A DNA stretch of 64,000 nt, taken from assembly GCF_036321535.1 (NCBI RefSeq), contig NC_087447.1, positions 41,728,001 through 41,792,000 on the forward strand. The letters are read 5' to 3'. How positions within the stretch are numbered: the first letter of the stretch is position 1; each line of letters opens with the position of its first letter. Of the stretch, positions 40,684 through 54,554 are shown one piece after another. The notes below the pieces were generated by a model, which saw nothing but the letters and a program-made list of their open reading frames with translations, was not told where the DNA came from and made no database searches. Source of the DNA: Camelus dromedarius. Taxonomy: Eukaryota. The translations under genes and the position numbers were made by a program.

Positions 40684-42109
40684 CCTTTGCCTATTTTTTA
40701 ATTGGATTTTTATTGTTGTTATTGTTGAGTTGTTGGGATTCTTTATATATTCTGGATATTAACTCTTTATTAGATACATGATTTGCAAATATTTTCGCCC
40801 ATTCTGCAGGTTGCATTTTACTGTGTTGATTTTTTTCTTTGCTGTGCAGAAGTTTTTAGGTTTGATACAGTCCCATTTGTCTTATTATTGCTTTTATTGC
40901 CTGTGTTCTTTATGTTGTATCCAAGAAGTAATTGCCAAATTCCATGTCATGAAGCTTTTCTCCTTTGTTTTCTTCTAGGAATTTTGTAGTTTTAGGTCTT
41001 AGGTTTAGGTCTTTAATCCATTTTGAATTAATTTTTGTAAGTGGTGTAAGTAAGGGTCCAACTTTATTTTTTTGCAGGTGGATATCCAGTTTTCCCAGCA
41101 CCATTTGTTAAGAAACTATCCTTTCCTCACTGCGTAGCCTTGGCACTTTTCTTAAAGATCATTTGACCACATACATCAGAGTTTATTACTGGGCTTTCTA
41201 TTGTGTTACATTAGTCTTTATGCCAGTTCAATTGTGCTATCTTAAAGCAGTCTGTTTTTTATATGGGAATTCAGGAAGATTGACGAGCTATGTTTCTGTT
41301 ACCTCCATCTCCATCTTCTCTGATTTTTTATTTTTTTACATATTTGAAGAGGATGTCTTCTGTTTTCAACTATGTAATTAATAAAATTGTTGTTTGGACA
41401 GTATAAAACAAATGTCAGCTAAAGGCTATCCTTTAGGTTGCCATTGATTCCTTAATGGGCTTTGGATACCTCACGTATATTAAGGTATTAACATTGGGCA
41501 CTCCGTTAAATTATAATTCTTCACGTAAAAGAGTAAGCCTTAAATTGACCTTATTTTTCTTGTCTCTAGCCTGTCTTTTGTGGCAGATACTGTGTTGTTG
41601 GGTATGTAATCTCATTCTCAGTGGCAGCCTTGTGTGATGGGAATTATATTAACTGTATTTTGAGGTTGAGAAAACTGAGATTTAGAGAGATTAAGTGAAT
41701 TTTTCAAGTTCACAAGACTATGAAATAGCAGAGCCTGGATTTGAACCTAATTCTGACTAACCTCCAAGCCTGGGTTCTTTCCACTATACTAATCAGAGGT
41801 CAGATACACTATGTCTGCCATGTTTCTTTATCAGAACTCTTCCTTCCTCTATAAGGACAAATCTATGTCCATTCTGTTCTTGTCCTCCTTAGGAGAGATG
41901 AGGATCAGTTAGGAACCAAGGGATAGGCAATATTTGATGAAAATGGGAGGGCAGTTTTAATGACGTATTGTTCTATATTGTCTGTTCTTTTACTTGTAAA
42001 ATTATTTCAAAGGTCAGTGATAAAGGTTACTATTTCATTTGTACAATATTCCTATTTAAAAGTTTCTGTTAGTACCCTTCATTAAAATTTTTTATTTTGG
42101 CTTTTCACC

Positions 42110-42460
42110 ATTTTTTCCCAACTATTTATTGAGGTAAAATTCACAAATAAGATTGTAAAGTATTTAAAGAACACATCATGGTGATTTGGTATACGTATGC
42201 ATTGTGAAAGGATTCCACCCATCTAGTAATGAATACATTCATCACCTCACGTATTTATCTTTTTTTAAAAGTGAAAACAAGTTCTATTCTGTTAGAAAAT
42301 TTCAGTTTTGCAATACAGTGTTATCAATTATAGTCACCAGGTTTTACATTAGATCCTCAGACCTTATTCATATTACAACTGAAAGTTTGTGCTCTTTTGC
42401 CAACCTCTCCCTATTTCCCCCAGCATTACTCTAAGTGAAATACACCAAAGACAAATATCT
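42110..42460 (-). mobile_element. L1 3' end with a short plus-strand (inverted) piece at ~42424-42458
   Basis: tttattgaggtaaaattcacaaataag...; cattactctaagtgaaata...aaagacaaata in the opposite orientation. Confidence 0.7.
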
Positions 42461-42716
42461 CTGGATTAATAGAGCTAGAGAATTCTGTCTTTACATGTAG
42501 ATAATAATAAATTTAGTCTGTTATTTGAAATGTGTTAGCCAGCCAAAATGTGTATACTTTGATTTCCCTAATTATTCATGAATGTCTTTGCAGTATTAAA
42601 TGTAGACTGAGTATGAAGTTTGCTAAGTGTATAAATCATCTGAGAAACAAAGTCACTGTGAAAAAAGGCCATCATGTTCATATCATAAACTTTTAGACAA
42701 CTTTGAATTGCTTTTT

Positions 42717-42965
42717 AAAAATTGAAATATAATTGATTTACAAAATCATATTAGTTTCAGGTGTCCAACACAATGACTCAATATTTTTACAAATTATACT
42801 CCATTTAAAGTCACCAAAAATAATGGCTGTTATCCCCTGTACTGTACAGTACGTCCTATAGCCTCTTCATTTTATACATAATAGTTTGTACCTCTCAATC
42901 GCTTATCTCCCCTCCACCTCATAACAAAACAGAAACAGACTCACAGGTATAGAGAACAGACTTAA
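42717..42965 (-). mobile_element. Short L1 with 5' inversion
   Basis: Perfect 13-bp TSD tgaattgcttttt at 42704-42716 and 42966-42978. Confidence 0.85.
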
Positions 42966-45439
42966 TGAATTGCTTTTTGAACCATGAAAGAATGCCTGCT
43001 TTTAAGATTTTTCTTTTGAATAAACTATTACTTATTGTTTTATTTGGATTCTCAAGAACTTACATTTATCATCATTGGACTTAAGTGATGCTGCTTTTAT
43101 GTCAAAATGGAAATAATATCTTTGTTTCAAAATTCAGAATTTTTTAGTTTTTCTATCCTTGATTTCATTAGTCTCATGACCTGGTATCTAAACAACATTG
43201 TCTTCTTCCCTAATCTTTATCTGTTGTTATTACTGTGTTTACATCTGTCCTTTTATTTGTATTTCAAAAACCTCAATTCAAGTTTTGAATATCCTCACAG
43301 CAAGTTTTATCCTTAGCACCTAACACAAGGCCTGGCATTGTGTTATTGTTGAATAAATGAATTACTGCAGATTTTCTGGATACATCCTCTTAGCATTCTG
43401 CCCAGTTTTCCAGATCACAAAAACTGATAGCTTGTACTAAAACTCCAGTTACAGTCATTGCTTTCTGTGGCAATTCATTCTGTTTTTTGATGGTTCTCAT
43501 TCTCAGGAGGTTCTTCCTTTATATTGACTCAAAAATATGTCCTCTTAATGACAGCTTTTGGCTCTAGTTTGCTGCACTCTTTCTTCTTCCATATAGTAGC
43601 TCTTCACATATTTGGAGAAAGTTCTTATGTGTGCTTCTTAAAAAAGTTTTCTGACTTAATCTTTTTATGTAATAATTTCCAGACCCTTTACCAGTTTGAA
43701 AGAGCTTGATCTGTCAGGGTTCCTCTTACAGTCTATTCCAGTTTGGACTCTTCAGTGACAAGGAATATGGGTTTATCTGGGCTTAAGAGGGAGGAATATC
43801 GTAAGAATACTTCAGGAGTTTAATGACACATGCTACAGTGCTGCCAGAATTTATTGGAGGTAGAACTTAGACAGCTGCACAGCCTTTCTGTGTGTCATTT
43901 CTGCTGCTTTCTACATCTGTACTGTTAACCTTTTTCTGCTGGCAAGTCTCTGCTGGAGGTTTCTACTGTTCTGTAATTGGCTTTACACGTGACCCCCTAT
44001 GGTTGCCTGAGCTCACAAGTCTTGATAACATCTTTTTAGCTGCTGTAGTCTCTCATTTCTTCTATTCATAATTTGCTAGCAGAGGAATCTGACTTGTATA
44101 GGATAACTTTTTATAGCCAGGTCACTCTGGTCATAAATTGCTTGCTAGTTTTTCTGTGTCTTTGCCCACCTAATAGTCCCATTCATTGATTAAACAAGTC
44201 TTTTACTAAGTATCTAATATATACCAGTAATTGTTCTCAATGCCTACAGCAGTAAACAAATCAGGCCAAAATCACTGTTTTTATTCTAGTAAGGTGAGAC
44301 AGACAAGTAGCAATAAATATAATTAAATTAATCATTTCAATATTTCTGGTTGGTGGGAGGGGAGGTAGGACTGTGTGCTTCTAACATGATTGCTGCCCTT
44401 TATTGAACTGTGAGTTGTGCCACTTTTGACAGAAGGTGATGTGGGTAGATGGATATCCTATGTCAGTGTAGATAACCACTGACATAATTGTTTAGATAAA
44501 CATACAAAAGATTTAGCGAATTATGCATTAGAGTAGCATTTCTCAAGGTTCAGGGTGTGTGTTAAACCAAGTCGTATGTATATATTTTGCACATTTACAC
44601 TTTAAGCACACACAAGGCATTCAAATAATTTATGTCAATTAGTACAGTTAGCACATATCAAGCATCTTGTTTTGTATAGAGCAGAGCATGTAATTAACCC
44701 CTACTCACTTTTCAGTTCTGCACATGAACTTTTTCCTCATACTAATGAAACTCTACACCTATAGCATACTAGTTAGCAACCCCCAAGAATACTGTTTGAC
44801 CTCCTGGGGTCATTTGGCAAGGCCAGAACAGTCACTTTGCCTGGGGGGTGATGACTGGTTGGATCATCCTGGGTCACTAGCTAATCTTTGTGGCTGAGCT
44901 GTGTAGTCTGCAGCCCTACCAGAACCCAAGGGAAAGTGGGTTGCCACACATTAAGAAGGGGAAAGTGTGCTTGATCACGCCAGTATTTCCTCACCCTTCC
45001 TAAATTTGTTTGGGGCAGTTTGTCTAGCGTTTGCACTTTTTTCAAAGAAAGCTATTTCCAAATGTGCTGGTATCTTGCCAAGAGTCCCCCTTTTAATGTA
45101 TGAACTCCATTTGGTCATCATATTTCTTGATTTTATGATGGAGTGGAAGAGTAGGGGCTCTTAATTCACAGTGCAGATAGGAGCTGTTTCCACAAGCATT
45201 CTGACTGACGTGACCTCATTCAACTCTGGACATAAGGATTAATCCACAGGTGGACATATGATGACTCTAGAACAGTCTTCCCTCAGTATGGCTTGCTCCT
45301 CAATATACAGTGTCATCTTGTCAGCATTCTTAAGTACAACCAGTATTTCCTATATAAGAATGATTACAGATAAAATATATAAACTTGGGAAATAAGTTTA
45401 AACATTCAGACTAAGTTTTTTTCCTTTCCAAAAGCATTT

Positions 45440-45690
45440 TTATTTTTTTAAACATTTTTTATTGAGTTATAGTCATTTTACAATGTTGTGTCAAGTTCCA
45501 GTGTAGAGCACAATTTTTCAGTTATACATGAACATACATATATTCATTGTCACATTTTTCTTTTTTTTTCTTTTTTTGCTGTGAGCTACTGCAAGATCTT
45601 GTATATATTTCCCTGTGCTATACTGTATAATTTTGTTTATCTATTCTACATATGCCTGTCAGTATCTACAAATTTTGAACTCGAGTCTAT
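45440..45690 (-). mobile_element. L1 3' end, same subfamily as 19400-20695
   Basis: ttgagttatagtcattttacaatgttgtgtcaagttccagtgtagagcacaattttt closely matches 19421-19480. Confidence 0.85.
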
Positions 45691-47693
45691 CCCTGGACCT
45701 AACTTTTAAAAACTGAGAAACAAGAATCAGACAATGTCTTTACCTTTGTAGGGTACTTTCATAAGTTCCTTGAAAGTTGATAGCTGCAGCAATTTACATA
45801 TTCAAAACCAAGTTATTGTAGCTCTTTCCACATTTTACTTGTGGTGAGATACCATTTTACCACTTTCATTTTTTAGTTTTCTCACCTTATTTTCCATTAT
45901 TATAGAACAAAGTCTTATCACTCATGAATCATATTTCTGTGTGCATTTATAAATGTTACATCAGCATTTCAAACTAAGCTTTCATGTTCTTGAAAGACTG
46001 CATATCATTATGAAATCAGTAAATAACATATTGCTCTGGAGAACTTTTGAAAGTTAATGCTTCTGCTAAAGAGGAACTTTTCACCTCTCAAATTGGCAGT
46101 AACTAAAACAAATTTTAAAAATAATACTTGTTGTTGAAGGTGTAGTGAAAATGCCAGTCTCATTCTTATATTCAGAATGTAAAAAAAAATATTAATATCT
46201 TTCTGGTGGGCCCTTTGGCTTTGTGTGAGTTTTTAAAACTTTCATATTCTTTGATCGAGTAGCTGTATATCTAAGAATTTTTCCGAGCAAAAGTGAGGTG
46301 AGGATAAGATTTTTATAGAAAAATGCTTTTCATAGCATTAGTTGTAGTAGAGAAAATAGGAAATGTATGTTACAATCAAAGGCCCATTATAAAATATTAA
46401 GTAATATACCAATATATAAAGCTAGGCTTAGTATTATCTCAATTCTGAAGAAAAAATACATGTGTATGAAAAACGCCTAGGATAAAATCCAAATGTTAAC
46501 AGTAATTTTCTTCATGTTTGGGGTTATGGGTGCTTTTGTCTTTTTATTTTTGTGTATTCAAAATTTTTTCTGCAGTTAACATTTATTATTTTTATAATTA
46601 GTAAAAATTAATATGATAAATATTTTGTGAGCCTACAATACATGAGGTATAACTTTCAATGTAGGGACATCTGGTTAAATAGGATGAGATAAATAACATG
46701 CATTTATCTCTGTTTAAAAAGACAGGGAGATTTAAGCTTGAAACAATTTCTGTCAGTATTAACGACTGTATTAAACATTTAGCTCAGTATGAACTAAGTG
46801 CCAGGCATTCAGTATGCTGGGTGCTTGGTCATACAGAGACAGTACTGAAGGAACTAAAAGCTTGTTATTTCTTCTGTAAAGTTTCCCATGGTTTCTCTTG
46901 TATATTAGGTTAGATTCTCTTCAGTCATTGTACTTACCATGGTATACTGAAATTATCAGTTCATTTTTCTTTTTCTCCTAGTAGCTTATCAGTTCCTTGA
47001 GGATAGGGGTCATGTCTTTTTCACTGTGTATCTGTAGTACCTAGTAATTTGTTGAATTAGCTTTACTATGTAGGTAAGAAGTGGTGATGCTTGAGGTGGA
47101 TTTTAAAAAATGAGTGTCTATGATAAATGACTTTTAGTTTAGTTTATTCTTAATGAAATCCTTCATTCCTCTGTATTGACAGGTATGTGAAGAGTTACTG
47201 TACTGCAGCAGTTGTTAATTTTAATGAATATGTTTTTATTTCAACTTTTTCAAATGTGATCTCAGTTTTAGAACATAGTTCTGAGTTGGTCAGTAAAATG
47301 AATTTAGGTTTCCTTTATCTTTTAAAGGGAAGAATTTGGTTGTAAAGTGATTCAAGTCCACATGAGAGCAAGGTGGGGGAGTTGAATTCCCAGGAATGAG
47401 GATAAGAGATGATAGTGGATGATTCAAAAAAAAATTGAATCAGGGTTAAGGTTTCCTTAAGTTAGATGTACAAATAATCAGAATGTTGTCATTTTTACTC
47501 CAAAGTGAGTTGGAACAACCTGTAGAATACGCAAGCACGTGAAGCTCTTTACAAAGTATAGCAAAAAGCAGTTTAGATGTAACACGTACTTTCCTGCCCC
47601 AAATTACTCACAGATTGCATCCCCAAAGTTTAATTATAAGTTGATCTGGTTTTTAGTGTCACAAAGTAATTGTATAATAACTATTATATAGAC

Positions 47694-47928
47694 CAGTGAT
47701 TTTCAACCAGGGGCATTTTTGTCTCCCAGAGCACATTTGGCAATGTCCTGGAGACATTTTTGGTTGTAGCGACTTGGTGGTGGTGGTGTGCTATTAACTT
47801 CTAGTGCTATTAACTTGAAGCTAAGGACATTGTTAAACATCCTGTAAGGCACAGGATAGCTCCTCCCCTCCCCCAACAAGGAATTATCTGGCCCAAAATA
47901 TCAGTAGGGCTGATGTTGAGAAACCCTG
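47694..47928 (+). mobile_element. MER20 hAT-Charlie MITE
   Basis: cagtgattttcaaccagggg...tggagacatttttggttgt...aattatctggcccaaaatatcagtag...ttgagaaaccctg. Confidence 0.88.
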
Positions 47929-48376
47929 CCTAGATAATGGTCAAGTTTCTGCAGAACTCTAAAAATCTTTATTTAACTCAGAACAGTGTTTATCACCTAT
48001 AACTGAAATTTAGTGCTAACAGTACCATTTAGTTTGTCACTTAAAATTACTTTGTCTTCATAGGAAAGTTCTTAAGTTTCAGCTTGAGATACTAAGATTG
48101 CTTTCCTTATTGGGAAAAAAGGGCAGTTACTCCCATAGTGGAGAGGCTCCACATTTCAATGCCTCTCTTTTTCCTAGCTTTCCCTATATGTCAGTTGTTT
48201 AAGAGTCTGCAGGATGAGGATTGCCTATCATGTCGGTATTCTGTTTAGAAGGTAGTTTTATGCCATTTAAAACTTGAAAATATTTAATCAGTATATCAAT
48301 TTAATTAACAAGTATTCTTTTAGAAATAAGTGTTAATATAAAGAGTATTCATATTTTTAAGTATGCTATAACCTAA

Positions 48377-48490
<114 letters not shown>

Positions 48491-49104
48491 TGATATTGTA
48501 CTATCTTACTTTAATAATGATACTTTTCATGTTAAATTTATGGTTATATTTATGTTGCAGTTACTTTTAAATAATTTGGTGATTTAACTGAAACACATTA
48601 TTAGAAAGAATTCCCCCAACTAGTGGCTTCAGTGAGTTTGTCACTAATCAAATATTTATTTTTTTATTTTTCTGAAAATTTCTGGGTCATTGTTACAGTG
48701 AAAACTAAACGAAAAAACACAGAGAACCAAAGGCTGGTTTAATAATGACTGATCATGGTTTGAATTTGATCTTGAAATCAAACTCTGAATTTTTTCTCCC
48801 TGGCTACAGGATTTGTATGTTGCTTTATAATAGCACAACTCAACTGCTTTGTATTCTGTCAGCCATTTTAAAAGAATTTAATGGTTGAGCATAATTTATG
48901 ATGACTAGGACATTCTAACTGGTGGTGGGTCTGTGGTGTTAAAATGAGAGACTAAAAAGATGATCACTAAAGTATTTTAAAATGTAACTGTCAGGTTTGG
49001 AGTGTGTGTATATATGTATATGTGTGTATTATATTGTGTGTACATTTACACACACATATATTAGCAGTGTTCTTCAAAACAGTTCTTATTGAGAGAACAT
49101 TTGG

Positions 49105-49350
49105 AATAATGGGACAGTGAAGACAAGACTGCTTGGGTTGAAATCCTAGCTGTACAATATGACTTTTGACAAGTTACTTGTCTTCTTGAACAGCAGAGTC
49201 TTCATCTATAAACTTAGGATAGTGACAATACTCATCTCATAGGGTTACTGTAAAGATAAAATGGTAAACATACAAATAAAATGCTTAAAATAGTGTCTTC
49301 CATAAAGCAAGTGCTCAATAAATGAGGTAGCTTGTTAATATTATTATTGT
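49105..49350 (+). mobile_element. MIR SINE
   Basis: gactgcttgggttgaaatcctagct...catctataaa...ctcatagggttactgtaaagataaaatg. Confidence 0.65.
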
Positions 49351-49659
49351 TATCATTGTTGCTGTTTGTTTGACACCTTGCAACACTTCCCCCAGAGGAA
49401 GAACTGTTCATTCTTTTGTTAGCATGGATCAGAAGTATTTATTAGGAATAAAACTGATGTTGGAAATTGTGGATCTTCTTATCCTAGCAAATGACTGTCC
49501 ATTTCTGCTTCACTGAGGAGAAAAGACACATTGCTGAATGTTTAATTTTGATTGTTATAACCCAGTTGTGTAAAGAAGGCTGTGGGTTCTGTAGACCCAC
49601 AGAGAGGGTGAATCTTGAGTTTTGGCATTAAAAACAGGGAAGGAATGTCGGGATCTATG

Positions 49660-50520
49660 AGATAATAGAAATAATTAGTGCTCTAGGATCCTAGTTCCTG
49701 GTTCCTGAAACCCTTGTGGTTTCCTAAGTGACAAAAGTACTAGGAGCATCTTTTGTTTTAATATTTAGGCTTTGGCCCCGGTTCCTGACACAGGGTTCCT
49801 GAAACCTTTGTAATCTCCTGGGTGATAGGAGTGTCTTTTGTTCTAATGCAGTGACTCTGGGTGGGCTCCTGGATGGCTCCTGAATGGGGACTGGTCACTG
49901 GAAAGACTGAGCCATGATTAGAAGCTTGGAATTTTCAGCCCTGTCTGCCATTCTCTTGAGAATGGAAAAGGGCTGAAAATGGAGTTAATGATTGATTGTG
50001 CTTACGTGATGAGCTACCATAAAAATCCCAAAAGTATGGAGTTTAGAGAGCTTCCAGGTTGGTGAAACATCCACATACTGAAAGCATGATGAACCTCAAC
50101 TGCACAGAGACTAAAGTTCCTGTGCTTGGGACCCTCCCAGACCTTATTCTGTGTATCTCTTCATCAGGCTGTTCATCTGTATTCCTTGTCATATCTGATA
50201 AACTGGTAAATGTAAATAAATGTTTTCCTGAATTCTGTGAGCCACTTGAATCCAAAGGGGTGGAGGTCACAGGAACCTCCAATTTGTAGCTGAGTCGTAC
50301 AAAAATTGTGGGTAACCTGGGGACCTGCTACTTGTGATTGGCATCTGAAGTGAAGGTTAATCTCGTGGGATTGAGTCCTTAACCATAATCAATCAGTTAA
50401 ATTGTAGGACACCCAGCGGATGCTGTGGAGAATTGCTTGTTGTGGGGGGGAAAATCCCACACATTGGAAGTAAAGAGTTCTGAGTAGGGTAAAAAGTTAC
50501 CACACAGATGGAGAGGAGAA
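49660..50520 (+). mobile_element. MER21-family solo LTR (MER21B-like)
   Basis: ggttcctgacacag...tcttttgttctaatg...ctgggtgggctcct...catgattagaagcttggaattttcagccc...tggcatctgaagtg. Confidence 0.8.
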
Positions 50521-53500
50521 GTAGATTTTAAAGTAAGGGATCCAACGAAAAGTAGCTTTCGGGAGAGCCCTTGTATTCCTTTCTCTTCTCTTCCACATAC
50601 CTGTGAATACTAGTAATTGGTCTTACAGTGTGAACAGCAAGGTGTTTGTACTATTTAAGCTTTTAAATTCTGTTTCACCATCCTTTTAAGTGATGACTGA
50701 AAGGGGGAAATTGTGGGGCTGGAAGCCTTTTAGAACTTTTTGTAAGTTCCTGTCTCCCCTCACATCAATGTGTGGATAGAAATAAAATACATCAGTTTGA
50801 CAGTATGAATAGTGAACCATCTTTATAAATTTCAAGAACAACAAACATCGTTGGGGCAGAGAGAGATCATGACTTGACTGTAGCTATCTAGCTATAACTG
50901 AGAAAGAAAAATTTTTGTTTTTCGAAAGCTAAGGCATAGATACTGTGATGCCTCTGATATTTCTCCAGTAGTGATGGAGAGACACATATTGATTTTAACT
51001 TAGTAAATGGATATTTTTTCTTTGTATGACAGATACTCCCATGTTCAAGCATGGTCAGTGTCTCCAATAACAAGTAGAGTTTTGTGCTGCTGGGTTGGTG
51101 AAATGGAGGTGTTAAGAGGTAGCATAACTTCCTCACCTAAGATTTTTTTTGACAGTTTCTTAGCTGATTCTTTGTGAAGCATTTCAAAAATTTTGGGTAG
51201 ATTTAATATTTAAAGAATATTTGATCTGCTGGATTATATTGGGAATTTTCTTTTTCCTTTAAGTTTTCCTGTCACTGATAGCAATTCTAATCTTCTAATG
51301 TCTATTGTACTTTGTCAGGTACAGAATAAATTTATCTATCAAAGCCTATTTTAGAACATAATAGAATCATTAACTGTTAAATTTTTATTGTCTTATGATT
51401 TATTGCTTTGTGCCATACTTTATGTGTTAGAGATGTGCAGCTATTCTGCATATGAATAACTTGAATAACTGTTAAACTGTGTAATCTAGAGCAACCCCTG
51501 CAGCTTCAAGACCAGAGTTACGCCTAATAAAAATTTAGTCTAATTGAAAGTGATCTGGCTCAGTCCCAAAGTGATTGCTGGGTGATAGTGACCCTTTTCT
51601 GATGATTTCTGTGGAAAAAAATTTTTTACCCTTTCTAAGGCAGTGGTAGTGGAACAACTTTTAGCATATAACTAATGTTAATATCTAACAGTTGTGTTTA
51701 ATTGATAGACTGTGATGAATTTACAGATTAGATGAATGGAGTTCATCCAACTTAAAGTAGGTAAATTGAGGATTAGGAAGCTTAAACTATTACATTACGG
51801 TTTAACAACTGAGATGCAGCAGAGCTAGGATTCAAACCCAGGTCTTCTGACTTAGTCTCAGCCAAGATCTGAGATTATTCTGAGAGTGACACTTTAAGCT
51901 ATGGTTAGGATTTGTATTTTAGTGTAAATGCAGGGTCTGAAAACAGGATTCTAGAATTTGGAAGAACTAAAGTTCAGAAATGTTAAAAGAATGCTGTGTT
52001 GTTAGAAATCAGCTTCACTAAACTTTATGACTTGCGGGAAAGGATTTTAGGCATTCATTCGTTAATAAGTTAAATACCAAATTTAATTTAGAGGATGCTG
52101 AATTTGGTCTCTCTGCTTTTATGTAAAGAAATTGCCTTCTCTTTCTTCTATTGAGAAATGCTGAACTTTAATTTGGATGGTTTTTAAAAATAAAAATATG
52201 AAAATAAGCTAAACCAAACATAATGACTGCTTTTCCAATTCTGGGATATTTTTATCTTTTTCTTGAGCCTTTTAGGCATACGTGGAAACCACAGACAGTC
52301 ATATAAATAAAGTTTCAGTTAATTTTAGTGACAGTATTTCAAAGAAAATTTAAGAATTGTTTTGCAGAGGCATTCTATGGCTAACAATCTATTTCTGATT
52401 GTGGGAAGCAACGTTTTTATTGGCTTGGTTTTAGGCATTAACAGAATAGTATTGTTTAGGCACTAGCTCTTTTTAAAAATGCTGTCTCAGAAGTGAATTT
52501 TTAACATTGTAATTCAGAAAATGTGCCATCATCTTCACTAGGGAATGTCTGCGTTGAGGCATTTGTAGATTTTTCTAATTTTTTTTTTTTAGAAGACTAA
52601 AGTATTGTGATAAAATTTTGTGGCTTGAGTAAAAGGAGATTAAACATTTGGTTAGAATTTCTGAATTTAAGGTTCTTAAGATATTAGTTTGGTTATTTAA
52701 GTTATAGACTAGTGATTCGACTACCTTATATGCGAATCCAATTTTCTATATTCGTAAATATAGATTAGGGAGAAGAGGGGGAATATCTTGTATTCAACAT
52801 TCTGCAGTTGTAACATAGGAGAAGTAGCCTAAGTATGGGATGCTATTTGAGGACAGAGAAGTATAAGTACTATGCAATGCTTTATTTCTTTAAGCTGTGT
52901 AGAATGCATTGAATACCACAAATGGGTAGCAGTTGTTCATCCAACCTAGATATGAATACTGTTTGATCAGGAAACTGAGAGTGGGAAGGATGGAAGACAA
53001 TTTTCTTTGCTCTTCGTAGAAGAATATGCATGAAAGGAGAATGAGAAAGGTAGTGAACACATCAGATGACGGAATCAGGGTTCACAAAGATTTTAAAAGG
53101 CTGGAGTTTTATATATATATGTATGTGTGTGTGTATATATATATATATATATAAAGATTAAATATAATAGGTGAAAATGTAGGTCCTGTATGTGAGTATA
53201 AAAAACTAGCTGTGTAAGTAATTATTTAGAAGAAAGATAGGCAGGGTACTTTCCCAGCCAGAGAGATTTGAGAAATATAAGAAGACAGCTAAAAAATACA
53301 TAGTTATAAAAGATACCTTACAAAAGATATTAGGTAGCATCTAAAGCCTCTGTGCTGAGATAGGGTGCTTGATAATGAGTTCAGTTTTAAAGATGGTGTA
53401 AAGAATGTGTGGAAAACCTCTTGATTTTGCATAGAGTTGAGACTGATAACATAAGAACACTGCTATGAAATATGAAGACATGGCTTTTTGAAACATACTG

Positions 53501-54554
53501 AGGACTACAAAAAAGGACTTTTAATATGTTCACAAAGCGAGTGGGATATAAATGAAGTTTAAGCTGGAAAGTGGTGGTTGGAGCTCACGTTTTTGTTTCC
53601 AACTCCCAAAGAGACATTTGTCTCTTTGAAGTAATAAAACTGCATGGCAGATAGGAACGTGATGGAGTCTAGAGGGTGCATCTGAGGTAGTGAATTCTCT
53701 CAACATCTCTGAGGTAGAGGATCATCAGTCTTAGTGTTACTCTTCTCACATTCTTCGGTGCTCACTTAAGTCTATTTGTTACACTGTACTAGGCTTTCAG
53801 TTACTTTCAATTCTACTAATGTACAAATGCATTGATAGCCATTATGCTGGATAATCTTTCATCTACCCAGTCTCTATGGTCTGCTCTTGGAACCACCTTA
53901 GACAGGATTTTCTTGCCATGCTGGCATTCTGCTGTATCTGATGCTTTGATGCCATAGAGAACTTCCTGAGGAAGATCCAGAACTACAGTACACAAGCCTA
54001 ATCTACAAATACATGTTGTTTGCAAACAGCCTGGCCCTGCTACCACATGGAATACTGCTATTTATCTCTTGTGTAATTGTCTGTCGGATCACTGCTGTGG
54101 TTTATTCTATACTTTTGAAATTCCAGGTCCCTCTTCTGTTCTTCAGTTTCTATTGATCCCATGTATTAGCTTAAAAAATGTTTTCCTGACTTTATCTCTT
54201 TAGCTATTCTCCAAATTCTACATTATAAAATGTTTCAAATTCTTCTTCATTTGCTGTCTCCATTTCTGTAAGGGACTAGTGTGGTACAGTGGAAAGAATA
54301 TGGGATCTGAAACTTTACAACCTTGAGCAAAGTTAATTTACCTTTCTGATAATACTGCTTTTCCTACAGGGTTATTATCAGGTGATTCTCTATTAAAATT
54401 TTAATAAACTGTAATGTTACAATTTCTTGCCATCTATTCTTACCTCTTACATCCATTTTACTCACATCTCAGGCATTTATTCTGAACTATAGTTTATGTC
54501 CTTTCCATTCTGAAATTGCAAATTTGAAGTTTATTAATATTTTCTGAATTCATT

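Larger units (their letters stand above)
37895..41227 (-). mobile_element. L1 (L1MA/L1MB-like 3' end and ORF2 C-terminus) split by the CAPNS1 retrocopy into 37895-38727 and 40684-41227
   Basis: ORF2-like peptides (KINSKWIKDLNLRPKT.KFLEEN; HFCKEDIQMASKYMMRCST); L1 sequence resumes directly after the insertion. Confidence 0.85.

Noticed and set aside
53607..53628. 10-bp-arm palindrome caaagagaca-tt-tgtctctttg
   Set aside because: Short enough to occur by chance in 64 kb; no supporting context
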